Positions 42,644 through 53,504 of a stretch of 64,000 nucleotides of DNA are shown piece after piece. The position numbers and the translations under genes are program-made. This DNA is from an uncultured Actinomycetes bacterium (GTDB lineage Bacteria; Actinomycetota; Thermoleophilia; Gaiellales; JAICJC01). The stretch spans positions 302,204 through 366,203 of the forward strand of contig CAWCNL010000004.1 in assembly GCA_963796875.1 (NCBI GenBank), written 5' to 3'. Each line of letters opens with the position of its first letter. Position 1 is the first letter of the stretch. The notes beneath the pieces are model-generated. The model ran no database searches. It was not told the DNA's origin and worked only from the letters and a program-made list of their open reading frames with translations.

Positions 42644-42940
42644 GTGGAAACAGCACAAGACCGCCGGACTGGTGCACTTCGGATCCGCCTTGGCGTGGGC
42701 CTGGTGATCCTCTCGTGGATGCCGTTTGCCCAGGTGGCGATCTGGGTGATGAACCTGTCCGGCTCGGCGGCCGACGAACTGCGGGCGGCAGTCTGGGGCG
42801 TGCAGTGGCTGGTCGGCATCGCCGGCATAGCGATCGCCGGCAAGGAGACGATCGCCGTCGCAAAACAGGTCGGCTGGCGCAAGGTGCCGCGCGCACTGTG
42901 GACGCTGTTCCTCCACCCCGACGCTGACCTGGCCGCCTAA
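42644..42940 (+). CDS. Small hypothetical 2-TM membrane protein
   Basis: Intact 98-aa ORF with two hydrophobic segments. Confidence 0.6.
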   Translation: METAQDRRTGALRIRLGVGLVILSWMPFAQVAIWVMNLSGSAADELRAAVWGVQWLVGIAGIAIAGKETIAVAKQVGWRKVPRALWTLFLHPDADLAA

Positions 42941-42944
42941 CTGC

Positions 42945-43117
42945 CGTGTATGCGGACGGCGCAGCCGGACGCATAAACGAAATCAGCAAGCGGCCAAGCA
43001 ATCAGAGGTGCCTGGCTCCTTTTATGCGGGCGCAGCACGCATAAAAGTGCCTGGCACCATGCGGTTACGCCGTGACGCCATCCGCACGCATAAAACGTGC
43101 CTGGCACGGGGTATGCG
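42945..43117. repeat. BIME-like mosaic of degenerate GTGCCTGGC palindromes
   Basis: Three gtgcctggc cores (about 43008, 43047, 43097) with cgcataaa/tatgcg arms between convergent genes. Confidence 0.75.
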
Positions 43118-43129
43118 CTCGCCCGGCGC

Positions 43130-43816
43130 CTACTGGGACTTGACGTACTCGATGTAGCCGCGCACGTCGGCCGCCGGTTCGCTGTAGGCAGCTCCCAGGG
43201 TCTGCTCCACGCGCGCCATGTAGTCGCGCGCCCACTCCGGTAGGTCGTAGTCGATGGCGTGCAGGAACTCGAGCGTGGCCGACAGGCGGATGTCGGCGAT
43301 CGACGGTCCGTCACCCCCGATGAACGGCCGATCGGCCAGGAAGAACGTGCGGTACACGTCGAGCGGCTCGGCCAGCGCGGCGATGGCCGCCTGCTGGGCA
43401 GCCGACTTGGTATCCGCGTCCGCATCCGAGTGCCCGACCTCGCCCGGGTACTGCGGAAACGCCAGCACCGGATACGTCGCCCGCGCCACCAGCGGATAGA
43501 GCGTGCCGATCAGATAGAACATCGCGCTGTCGACCATCGCCCGCCGCGCCGGATCGGTCGGATAGAGCGCCTCGATCCCATGCTTGTTGCACAGGTACTG
43601 CATGATCGCGCAGCTCTCCCACAGCGTCGCCTGGGGCAGCCCCTGCTCTTCGAGCATCGGCGTCAGGTGCGCCGGGTTCTTCTCGAGGAACTCGGGCGTC
43701 TGCGTCTTACCCCACACATCCTCCTCCTCAAAGTCGAGCCCGGCTGCCCGCACGAACACCCGCGCGGTCAGGTTGTTGACGCTCGGCTTCAGCACATGCA
43801 GCGTGATCTCGGCCAT
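43130..43816 (-). CDS. Glutathione S-transferase family protein
   Basis: NPAHLTP, LWESCAIMQYL and PSIADI. Confidence 0.85.
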   Translation of the reverse strand: MAEITLHVLKPSVNNLTARVFVRAAGLDFEEEDVWGKTQTPEFLEKNPAHLTPMLEEQGLPQATLWESCAIMQYLCNKHGIEALYPTDPARRAMVDSAMFYLIGTLYPLVARATYPVLAFPQYPGEVGHSDADADTKSAAQQAAIAALAEPLDVYRTFFLADRPFIGGDGPSIADIRLSATLEFLHAIDYDLPEWARDYMARVEQTLGAAYSEPAADVRGYIEYVKSQ

Positions 43817-43829
43817 GCTTCCTCCCGGC

Positions 43830-44412
43830 TCAGTAGGGGTTCTGGGGCGTACGGTCGTCGCTCAGCGTCGGACGGCTGCGCAGCACCAGCCGTTCGATCG
43901 CGTCGGCGAGATGGATCTGGTCGATGTTGGGGTCGCCGCGCTCCACGCGCAGCCGGTGGGCCTCCATCAGCACGTCGGCATGCGACCACCCGGCCGGAGG
44001 CTCGAACCGGTAGGACGCCAGCTCGATCAGAAGGCCCAGCGGATCCTCGAAGTAGATCGAGTCCATGAAACCGCGATCCTTCACCCCGCTGTGCCGGATG
44101 CCGCGCTCGTCCAGCCGCTCGACCGCCTGGTGAAACGTCGCCTGTGAGAGCGAGAACGCCAGATGGTGCACACAGCCGGGATCGGTGGGTGCGCGGGTCG
44201 GATCGGGCACGCGGTCCTCGTTGGTGAACACGGTGATCAGGCGGCCGTCACCGGGGTCGAAATAGAGGTGTGACTCCGGCCGCGTTGTCGAGGTTTGGCT
44301 GCTCGAACACGAACGGCATGCCCAGCACGCCCTCCCAGAACCCGATCGATGTCTGCCGGTTGGCACCCACGATGGTGATGTGGTGGACGCCCTGACTCTG
44401 GAGCTTTCGCAT
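43830..44412 (-). CDS. VOC/glyoxalase family protein (frameshifted)
   Basis: GVHHIT, HLYFDPGDG, VHHLAF and SIYFEDPLGLLIEL. Confidence 0.85.
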
Positions 44413-44483
44413 CGGTACTCCTGTCACGTGAGGAGGATTGCAATGTTCTGCGCATATCGGTGCGGCTATGTATAGTCGCCGGG

Positions 44484-46261
44484 ATGGCGACGGCAGACGC
44501 CTCTATCCCAACCACGGAGCATGGTACCGCTCCCGGCGAGAAGGGCCTTCGCGGCGAATCGCTCGGGCTGCTCTCGAGCGTCGTCATGGGCATGGCGTCG
44601 ACCGCGCCCTGCCTACAGCCTGGCCTCGGCGCTGGGGTTCGTGGTCGCCACCGTGGCGCTGCAATCGCCGGTCATCATGCTGCTCGCGTTCGTGCCCGAT
44701 GTACATGATCGCGGTCGCCTACAAGGAGCTGAACCGAGGCCGAACCGGACTGCGGCACCACCTTCACCTGGGCGACCCGCGCGTTCGGCTCGTCGCTGGG
44801 GTTGGATGGGCGGCTGGGGCATCTTCGCGGCCGACGTGATCGTGATGGCGAACCTGGCCCAGATCGCCGGCTCGTACGGGTTCCTGCTGATCGGCGCCGA
44901 CTAGCTACGCCGCATCGCACGTTCTGGGTGACCGTGTGCCGGCGTTGTTGTGGATCGTGGTGATGACCTATATCTCGTGGATCGGGATCGAGGTCTCAAA
45001 CGATGCTGCAGTACCTGCTGCTGGGGATCGAGGTCGTGGATCCTCGGGCTACTGGCCGGCACCGCGCTGATCAAGGTCTACACAGGCAACGGCGTTGCCG
45101 AGGTCGAGGCCGGATCCAGCTCTCGTTGGTTCAACCCGCTCAACTATCTCCTCGCCGGGCGTCTTTGCCGCCGGCATCCTGGCCGCCGTCTTCATCTACT
45201 GGGGCTGGGACACCGCGGTGGCCTGGTTCGCGGAGACGGCCGACGCCAAGAACCACACGCCCGGGGCGGGCGGCCGTCATCTCGACCATCCTCCTGCTGC
45301 TGACCTACGTCATCGTCACCGTCGGCGCCCAGGCGTGGGCCGGTGCTGCGGCAGCCACGGCGTCGGTCTGACCAACCCGGCCAACGCGGACGACGTGCTG
45401 AGCGTGCTGGGCACCAGCATCTTCGCACCGGCATCGCCGGGAGCACGCTGACCAAGCTGCTGCTGTTCATGGTCATGACCAGCTCGATGGCGTCGACGCT
45501 GACGACCATCCTGCCCACCGCGCGGACGACGCTCTCGATGGCGGCGTTCAAGTGCCGCTCCCAAGATCTTCGCGAAGATCCACCCCAAGTACCTGACCCC
45601 GACCTGGTCGACCTGGGGGATGGGCATGCCGCGTCGGTCGTGTTCTACGTGGCGCTGACCAAGGCCAGCGGCAACGTGCTGAGCGACTCGATCGGCTCCC
45701 TGGGGCTGATGATCGCCTTCTATTACGGGCTGACGGGCTTTGCTGCTTCTGGTTCTACCGGGAGTGTGCCGCTGACGTTCGGCCAGTCGGTGTCGCTGCA
45801 GGATCGGTCCCGCTGATCGGCGGCATCCTGCTGCTGGTCCTGTTCGTGTACGCGTGCGAGCCAGTACATCAACCCCGACTACGGCTACACCTCGGTGTCC
45901 GTGCCCGGCTTCCCCTGGTACGGCGGGAAGGTGGGCGGCGTGTTTGCGCTGGGGATCGGCGTGCTTCTGCTGGGTGTCGTCCTCGATGCTGATCTGGCGG
46001 GCGATCTCACCGGCCTACTTCCGCGGCGAGACGCTGCCGCAGATGTCATACGGCGAGCTGATCCTGGTGCCGGCCTCCAGCTGCGGCTCGGTCGTGCCCA
46101 CGGTCGGCCTGCCCGACTCGGGTCACCAGGCGGGACGGTGATCGCGCCCGACCTGTCCGAACCTTCCGCCCGGCTTCAGCGTCGGGGTGGACGTCGAGCC
46201 GGCGGGCGAGCTGGACGAGGAGCAGGAGCGCGAGCGGCGCGAGTCGGCCGACGACTCCTAG
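44484..46261 (+). CDS. APC family permease (heavily frameshifted)
   Basis: Fragments AYSLA..LG, AYKELN, WMGGWG, FIYWGWDTA, TILPTART and GLMIAFYYGLTG in shifting frames. Confidence 0.75.
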
Positions 46262-46350
46262 TTCGAGTTGGCGGCAGACCCCGCTCCGACATAGGCTGCG
46301 GTACGGCGTGCTGCCGGCGCGCCGCTCCATCCGAACTGAAGGAGATGCCA

Positions 46351-46903
46351 ATGGCTATTGGCCCTGTTCAGCTGCTCGTGCTGGGCTTCAACCATCCCGA
46401 GTTCCACGGTGAGATCATCGAGGAGCTCGAGCGCCTGAAGGCGAGCGACACCGTGCGGGTGATCGACTCGCTGGCGGTGCACAAGGATGCCGACGGCAAC
46501 ATCGAGGTCGCCCACCTCTCCAACCTCTCACGCGACGAGGCGATCGAGCTGGGAAGCAAGGTCGGCGCGCTGATCGGCCTCGGAATCGAGGGTGAGGAAG
46601 GCGCGGAGATCGGCGCCGAGGCCGGCGCCGAGGCTGCCGAGGACGGCATCGAGGTGTTCAACGACGACCAGGCCTGGGATGTGATCGGCGAGATCCCCAA
46701 CGACTCGGCCGCGGCGCTCGATGCTGATCGAGCACCACTGGGCGGTACCGCTGCGCGACGCAATTGCCCGCGCGGGCGGATTCCGCATCTCGGACGGCTT
46801 CATCAGCCCGCTCGACCTGGTCGCGATCGGCCTGGTCAGCGCCGAGGAGGCCCAGGAGCTGCACGAGCTCGAGACCCAGGCCGAGGCCAACCAGACCGCC
46901 TAG
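46351..46903 (+). CDS. DUF6325/DUF1269-like protein (frameshift near 46720)
   Basis: MAIGPVQLLVLGF....F.GEI..EL, VRVIDSL.V.KD and LIEH.WA.PLRDAI.RAGG. Confidence 0.75.
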
Positions 46904-46930
46904 AACGTCGACGCGAAAGGGAGATACCCC

Positions 46931-46990
46931 ATGATGGGAGCACGCAGGGTTGCCCGCCGCACGGCTCGCCGTACGGCCCGGCGCCGCTGA
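46931..46990 (+). CDS. Arg-rich 19-aa micro-ORF MMGARRVARRTARRTARRR
   Basis: AAAGGGAG RBS shortly upstream of ATG, clean TGA, followed by a hairpin. Confidence 0.55.
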   Translation: MMGARRVARRTARRTARRR

Positions 46991-46997
46991 GCGAAAT

Positions 46998-47034
46998 GAG
47001 CGCAGGGAACGTGCCCGGCACGTTCTCTGCGCTC
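46998..47034. repeat. REP-like palindrome, GTGCCCGGCAC core
   Basis: gagcgcagggaacgtgcccggcacgttctctgcgctc between convergent genes. Confidence 0.8.
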
Positions 47035-47044
47035 ACCACTCTTG

Positions 47045-47539
47045 TCAGCTGACCTCGCGCAGGTTGCCGGTGTGCACGTCGTACACGAACCCGCGCACCT
47101 TGTCGGTCCTGGGCACGAACGGGCTTGTCTTGATCCGCGCGATCGACTGCCGCACGTCGTCGTCGAGGTCGGTGAACGTCTCGACCGCCCACTCCGGCCG
47201 GATCCCCGTCTCGGATTCGATCTGGGCCTTGAACTGATCGTCGGTGAACGTCAGCATGCCGCAGTCGGTGTGATGGATCAGCACGATCTCCTCGGTGCCG
47301 AGCAGCCGCTGCGAGATGGCCAGCGAGCGAATCACGTCGGGCGTCACCGCTCCGCCGGCGTTGCGGATGATGTGCGCGTCGCCCTCGCTCAGGCCGAGCA
47401 GCGCGTAGGGATGCAGCCGGGCATCCATGCACGCCACCACGGCGACCTTGTGGCCCGGTGGCAGTGGCAGATCGCCCTTGTCGAAGCTCTTGGCGTACTC
47501 GCCGGCGTTGGTAACCAGCTGCTCAGTTGACGACATCAC
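47045..47539 (-). CDS. Beta-class carbonic anhydrase
   Basis: CMDAR, IRNAGG and HHTDCG zinc ligands. Confidence 0.93.
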   Translation of the reverse strand: MMSSTEQLVTNAGEYAKSFDKGDLPLPPGHKVAVVACMDARLHPYALLGLSEGDAHIIRNAGGAVTPDVIRSLAISQRLLGTEEIVLIHHTDCGMLTFTDDQFKAQIESETGIRPEWAVETFTDLDDDVRQSIARIKTSPFVPRTDKVRGFVYDVHTGNLREVS

Positions 47540-47598
47540 TACCCTCCTGATTGATCCTGGTCATACCGGGATCCCCATCAACTTACTTAGGATCCAAA

Positions 47599-48191
47599 GT
47601 GGATACTACCGAACTGTACCCAGGACTCTCGCGTGGATCGGCCTGTCATCCTGCAAGTGGCAGCCCAACGCCCAGCCCGGCACCTCTGCCGACTGGCCCG
47701 AGGCGGTTGGCTGCGTAGTGTACGAGACGCCCACCGCGGCAGTCTTCATCGATCCGCTGGTGCCGGCTGACAACGAGGCGTTCTGGCAGTTCGCCGACGC
47801 GCGCGTGGCGGCCTGCGGCGGCGCCCGGGTGCTGGTCACGATCCCGTGGCATCAGCGATCCAAGGTCGACACTTCCGCCCGTTACGGAGCCTCGGCCGAC
47901 CCGCCGCCGCAGGTCGTACCGGTGCCGATCGCGGGGGCTGACGAGACGATGTACTGGCTGCCTGACGCGGCAGCACTCGTGCCCGGCGACCGGCTGATCG
48001 ACCTCGGCGCCGGCCTGCAGGTATGCCCCGACTCGTGGCTCGAATACCTTGGCACGGGGCTCACCGAGGCAGGGCTGCGCGCGGCCCTCGCACCGCTGGC
48101 CGACCTGCCGGTGGAGCGCATCCTGCTCTCGCACGGCGACCCGGTGCTGAGCGGCGCCGGCGAGGCTCTGCGCCGGGCTCTGGCCGGTTAG
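47599..48191 (+). CDS. Metallo-beta-lactamase-fold-like hypothetical protein (5' frameshift)
   Basis: FIDPLVP, T..WH.R, GD.L and LLSHG.PV. Confidence 0.6.
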
Positions 48192-48223
48192 ACTGAATCA
48201 CCTCTCCGACCTGGGGATACTCT

Positions 48224-48526
48224 ATGGATAACGCCCGCGCACAGGAACTGCTCGCCGCCGAACGGCAGCGCATCACCGCCGAGATCGACGAACTGCGCAG
48301 CGATAACGACGGCCAGGACCTGCACGACGTGGAGATCGCCCAGGGCCGCATCGAGGATCTCGAGGCTGCGCTCGAGTCGGTCGCGCGGGCCGAGGAGCGG
48401 CTGGCCGCCGGTACCTACGGGCTGTCGGTGGAAAGCGGCGAGCCGATTCCCGACGACCGGCTGGAGGCCGTGCCCACGGCCGAGCGCACCGTTGACGAGG
48501 AACGCCGCTTCAAGCACGGGGCCTGA
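48224..48526 (+). CDS. TraR/DksA family protein lacking Cys zinc ligands
   Basis: A..RL..GTYGLSVESGEPIP..RLEAVP.A; no cysteines. Confidence 0.8.
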   Translation: MDNARAQELLAAERQRITAEIDELRSDNDGQDLHDVEIAQGRIEDLEAALESVARAEERLAAGTYGLSVESGEPIPDDRLEAVPTAERTVDEERRFKHGA

Positions 48527-48576
48527 ACTGCAACAAACGTGCTCCTGAATAGAAGGGGTCAGACCCCTTTTATTCA
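48524..48576. repeat. Composite repeat: half GTGCC-type unit plus GGGGTCAGACCCC palindrome
   Basis: tgaactgcaacaaacgtgc (reverse complement of 5560-5578), then tgaatagaaggggtcagaccccttttattca. Confidence 0.8.
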
Positions 48577-49417
48577 TGTTTGCGCAGTTAGCGGCCGGCC
48601 AAGGTGGTCCTGCGAGAGCGGGAGATCGGGCAGCGCCTCGCCGCCGTGATGCACGTCCCACGCGCGTCCGAGGACGATGCAGGCGATCACGACGCCGGCG
48701 TAGGCAAAGAGCCACGTAACCAGGCCGAAGGCCACGCCGATCAGCCCGTAGCGGCTCGCGTTGTGGGTCATGATCACCGGCATGTAGAGCACCGACGCGA
48801 TCGAGAAGAGCGTCACCCCCAGAGCCGTCAGAAGACCCGTCGGCACCAGGCGCCGCCACGGCAGCCGGGCGCCCATCAGCACGTAGGGCGTCCACGCCCA
48901 GAATCCCGAGACCAGCGCGATCGCGATCAACGGGTACAGGAATCGCAGGTGGTGGTGCGTGCCGAACGCCCGCAGCGGTGCGAGCACCGAGAGGAACGGC
49001 GACCAACCCGACGATCCACACCACCCGCCGGACCACCGCCTCCAGCCGCTGGGGCGGCAACCGCCACACGTCCAGGTACACCTTCTGCAGCCCACGCGTG
49101 AAGCTGAACACCGAATAGAGCAGGATTACGACGCCGATCGCGGTGATGCCGCCGCGCACCGCGCCCTTGGTGGCGAACAGCTGCAGCGTCGCGGCCTTGC
49201 CGGCGCCGGTCAGTTCGAGCCGGTTGACCAGGCTCTCGCCGAAGTTGTCGGCGCCCGGCACGAGCGCCGAGATCAGGATGCTCATCGGGATGACGGCGAC
49301 AAACAGCTTGGATGCGAGCGCGAGCGCGCGGTCGATCGGCTCGATGCGCAGCATCTCGTCGGCCAGCTCGCGCGCGAGCGACCGTTCGTAGCGCGCCCGA
49401 AGCCCGGCAACATCCAC
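48574..49417 (-). CDS. YihY/BrkB-like membrane protein (frameshifted; 3' end approximate)
   Basis: Multi-TM; PWRRLVP.G and YGLIGVAF.LVTWL. Confidence 0.7.
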
Positions 49418-49455
49418 CGGCCAATCCTACCCCGCCCGCTTTCTAAGATGACTGC

Positions 49456-50028
49456 GTGTACCCCCTTCCCCGCCTCCGGCTCGGCGCCGCCCTGATGGCG
49501 GCGTTCACCCTCGCGATCGCCGGCTGCGGATCGAGTCGGCCGGATCGCAAGAGGTCAGCGGAGTGACCGCCACAAACGGCGTGATCGCACCGCCGGGCGG
49601 GCCGTACAGCTACCGCGTGCCGGCGGGTTGGCATGCGCTGGCCCGGATCGAGGTCGGCGACCCCTCCAGAAGGCCCACGCCCGTTCGGCGGTGGCCCGCG
49701 GCCGCGGCCTGATCTCGGTGGTGGCTTCGCCGCGCCGCAGCGGCGATCCCCACCGGCTTGCCTCGGCCTACGTGGCCGGGCTCGCCCAGGAAGGCGTCCA
49801 CTCCAGACTCGTCGGCCTCGGCACGACCGACCTGGGCCCCGCGTTCACCCTCGCGGTGTCGAACGTTCCGGTGCCGGGCGGCGGCCGCTCGGCAGGCGTA
49901 CGCACCCTCCCTTTGCGCCCCGCGACCTGATCCTGACCTCCTGCCAGTGGGTCGATCGGCAAGATCGCCGCGAGGTGCTGCGTGCGTGCGCCGATGTGCA
50001 AAAGTCAATGAAATTGAACAATTCCTGA
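49456..50028 (+). CDS. Hypothetical lipoprotein (frameshifted)
   Basis: Signal peptide with IAGC lipobox; YSYRVPAGW; reading frame broken several times. Confidence 0.45.
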
Positions 50029-50042
50029 GGTACGCTGGCGGG

Positions 50043-50520
50043 GTGCCGCAGCCGCTCGAACAGACCCACATCGCGCGGCTCTGGAGCACCCGAACCTGTG
50101 CGTGGGCATCTTCGGCGCACAGTTCCACACCCACCAGGGCGCGCGCCTCTACGAGGAGGCGGGCATCAACGAGCAGCTGTTCGCCGCGCTGGCGGCGGCG
50201 GGCGAGTACGGCCTGCTGCACGTGCGGCCGACCCAGGACGAGACCGGCTCCATGGTGATGGTCTACTGGGAGTCCGACGAGGCGCTGGACCGATGGGCCC
50301 GCACCCAGCCGCACTCGCTGTGGTGGAAATGGCTGGTCGACCACGAGGGGCAGGGGCTGGGCTTCTATCACGAGATCTACACCGTCAGCGGGGCCGAGGC
50401 GGTGTACTCGGCGGGGCGGCGCCGGTCGGGCCCGCCGCGATCGCCGCGCTCGAACCCACCGCACCCGGCCGCGGCGAGAGCCGCGCCCGCTTGCAGCGAT
50501 TCGCCGCGTCGCGCGACTAA
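50043..50520 (+). CDS. DUF4188/ABM-like protein (frameshifted)
   Basis: YWES.EAL..WAR..PH..WW, GFYHEIY and EAVY. Confidence 0.65.
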
Positions 50521-50569
50521 TCGACACCGTTCGCGTAAGGTGCTCGGGTAACCACTGCAGGGGGATGAA

Positions 50570-51004
50570 ATGGCACTCAGCAAGGCACACGCCGACTGGC
50601 ACGGCACACTGATCGACGGCGATGACGGTCCAGGTCGAAAGCGGCGCGTTCGGCGAGCAAGCACTCTCGTGGCCGGCCCGCACCGAACGGCCCGCGGCCA
50701 AGACCAGCCCCGAGAATTCATCGCCGCCGCCCACGCCGGTTGCTACGCGATGGCGTTCTCGCACACGCTGGCCGAGGCGGGAACACCGGCGGAGTCACTG
50801 CACGTCGACGCGACCTGTGAGTTTCGGCCCCAGCCCGAGGGCGGGTTCAAGGTGACCACGATGGAGCTGGTAGTGCACGGCAGCGTGCCGGGCATCGACC
50901 AGGCGCGGTTCGCCGAGCTCGCCGCCGAAGGCGAGGCAAGCCGCCCCGTATCGAACGCCCTGCGCGGCAACGTCGAGATCACCGTCACCGCAACGCTCGA
51001 GTGA
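50570..51004 (+). CDS. osmC: OsmC family peroxiredoxin (internal compensating frameshifts)
   Basis: A.ADW.G.L..G, AAAHAGCYAMAFS and PVSNAL.G. Confidence 0.85.
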   Translation: MALSKAHADWHGTLIDGDDGPGRKRRVRRASTLVAGPHRTARGQDQPREFIAAAHAGCYAMAFSHTLAEAGTPAESLHVDATCEFRPQPEGGFKVTTMELVVHGSVPGIDQARFAELAAEGEASRPVSNALRGNVEITVTATLE

Positions 51005-51096
51005 ATAAGAGGGACGAGTCGCCATTTATTCACACGCTTCCAGCGTGGCACGCCGAAGGTGCTGGTGAATAAATGGCGACTGACCCCTCTTATTCA
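51001..51096. repeat. REPIN-like inverted doublet (TGAATAAGAGGGG/GTCGCCATTTATTCAC arms)
   Basis: Arms at 51001-51033 and 51065-51096 around a 31-bp spacer. Confidence 0.9.
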
Positions 51097-53002
51097 TGGC
51101 GCTTGACGACGCTGTGACCGACACCGCCGCCACCACGACCACCGCCGCGCCTCGGGTGACCGCCTGGGCGCGCACGGTGCCCACGCCGCTGCGCGACTTC
51201 CTGGCCACCGAGACGGGCAGCGCGGTGGTGCTCCTGGCGGCGACCATCGCCGCACTGGTGTGGGTCAACCTGGACAGTTCGTCCTACACGCGGTTGTGGA
51301 GCACGGAATCGCCGTCGAGGTGGGCGGCCACGGCATCACGCTGACGCTGCAGGAGTGGATCAACTCGGGCCTGATGACGCTCTTCTTCTTCGTCGTGGGG
51401 CTGGAGGCTCGGCGCGAGTTCGACATGGGCGAGCTGCGCGAACGGCGCCGTGCGGCCCTGCCCGCGCTGGCGGGCGCGGGCGGCATCGTCACGCCGATCG
51501 CGATCTATCTGCTGTTCAATGCCGGCCACGGCTCCGCCCACGGCTGGGGAGCGGCGATGAGCACCGATACCGCGTTCGCCCTGGGCCTGCTCGCGCTGGT
51601 GGGCCCAAGCTTCCCCGACCGCCTGCAGGCGTTCATGCTGACCGTGGTGATCGTCGACGACGTGATCGCCCTGATCGTGATCGCCGTGGTGTACGCCCAG
51701 ACGATCGACGCGCAGATGCTGGCGGTGGCCGCCGTCTGCCTGGCGATCGCCCTGGCGGCGCGGCTGGCCGGCGTGCACTGGGGGGCGGTGTTCGTGGTGC
51801 TCGGAGTCGGCGCCTGGGTGGCCATGGAAAAGTCGGGCGTCGACCCGTGGTGGTGGGCCTGGTGATGGGCCTCGTGGTCAGCGCCTACCCGGCCGCACGC
51901 GTCGACCTGGAGCGGGCCACCAACCTGTTTCGCGAGTTTCGCGAGCAGCCCACCGCCGAGCTGGCGCAGACCGCGAGCGCCGGTTTGCGCTCGGCGATCT
52001 CGCCCAACCAGCGGCTGCAACAGGCGTTCCATCCGTGGACGAGCTATGTGATCGTGCCCGTGTTCGCGCTGGCCAACGCCGGCATCGTGCTCAGCGGGAG
52101 CTTCCTCTCGCACGCCTACACCTCGCCGATCACGCTGGGCATCCTGGTGGGTTACGTGCTCGGTAAGCCGGTCGGCGTGGTCGGCGTCGCCTGGCTCGTG
52201 ACGACGCTCACCCGCGGCAAGCTGCGCCCGCCGGTGGGCTGGGCTGCGGTGGTCGGCGGCGGCACGATTGCCGGGATCGGGTTCACCGTCTCGATCCTGA
52301 TCTCGAGCCTGGTCTTCACCGGCGCCGACCTGCAGCAGGCAAAGCTCGGCGTGCTCAGCGCGGCGCTGAGCGCGGCGGCCATCACCTGGCTGGTGTTTCG
52401 CATGACTGCGCTCCTGCCGGCCGGGCTGCGGATCAAGGCGCTGGTGGGATCGTCAGATGTGATCGTCGACCTGGCCGACCCGGTCGATGCGGAGCGCGAC
52501 CACATCCGCGGCCCGGTCGACGCAAAGGTCGTCGTCGTGGAGTACGGCGACTTCGAATGCCCCTACTGCGGCCAGGCCGAGCCTGCCATCCGGGAGCTTT
52601 TGGCCGGGTTTCTGGAGGTCGGATATGTGTGGCGGCACCTACCGCTGAGCGACGTGCATCCCGATGCCCAACTCGCCGCGGAGGCATCGGAGGCGGCCGC
52701 CGACCAGGGCAAGTTCTGGGAGATGCACGACCTGCTGCTCGATCACCAGGGCGCCCTGGGACTCCGCGCGCTCCTGGGATATGCCGAGACGCTCGAACTC
52801 GACCTCGACCGGTTCCGCGACTACCTGCGCCGCCACGCCGGAGCCGCCCGGATCTCCGAGGACGTCGACTCCGCCGACCTCAGCGGCGTGTCCGGCACCC
52901 CCAGTTTCTTCATCAACGGCCTGCGCCAAACGGCGCGTATGACCTGGAGTCGCTGAGAGCCGCCGTCCACGCCGCCAAGGCGCGGGCACTGCTGGCCGCT
53001 AG
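51096..53002 (+). CDS. nhaA: Na+/H+ antiporter NhaA fused to DsbA/thioredoxin domain (frameshifted; 3' end approximate)
   Basis: [51 protein letters not shown], then GDFECPYC and GTPSFF.NG. Confidence 0.9.
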
Positions 53003-53421
53003 ACGGGGTCGAGCACGACCACCGGAATCTGGCGGTCGGTCTTGGTCTGGTAGTTGTCGTAGTCGGGCCACACGGCGGTCATGCGCTCCCACAACTCGTC
53101 GCGTTCGGCGCCCTCGGCCGTGCGGGCTCTGGCCCGAAAGACCCTGTCCTTGACCTGCACCTCGACGTTGGGATCGGCCTCGAGGTTGAGGTACCAGGCA
53201 GGGTGCTGCGGCGCGCCGCCCTTGGAAGCGACGATCGCGTAGGAATCACCGGACGGCTGGAAGATCAGCGCCGAATCACGATGCTTACCGGTCGAGCGGC
53301 CGGTGGTGGTGAGGATGAGGATCGGCGCGCCGTTGCCCCACTGGTATCCCACCTCGCCATCGGTCTCGCGGTAGCGGCGCACGTGCTCGGCGCCGAACAG
53401 AGGTTGTTGATTGTCAGTCAT
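52999..53421 (-). CDS. Deazaflavin (F420)-dependent nitroreductase/quinone reductase family
   Basis: LTTTGRSTG, VASKGGAPQHPAWYLNL.A.P and Y..YQ.KTDR.IPVV. Confidence 0.92.
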   Translation of the reverse strand: MTDNQQPLFGAEHVRRYRETDGEVGYQWGNGAPILILTTTGRSTGKHRDSALIFQPSGDSYAIVASKGGAPQHPAWYLNLEADPNVEVQVKDRVFRARARTAEGAERDELWERMTAVWPDYDNYQTKTDRQIPVVVLDPV

Positions 53422-53504
53422 CACATCAATGTAGCGATCGACCGGTGCTCCTAAAGGAGTACCATCTGTTGTCCGCTTGTTCACGAGCAAATGCCGGAGG
53501 GCTC

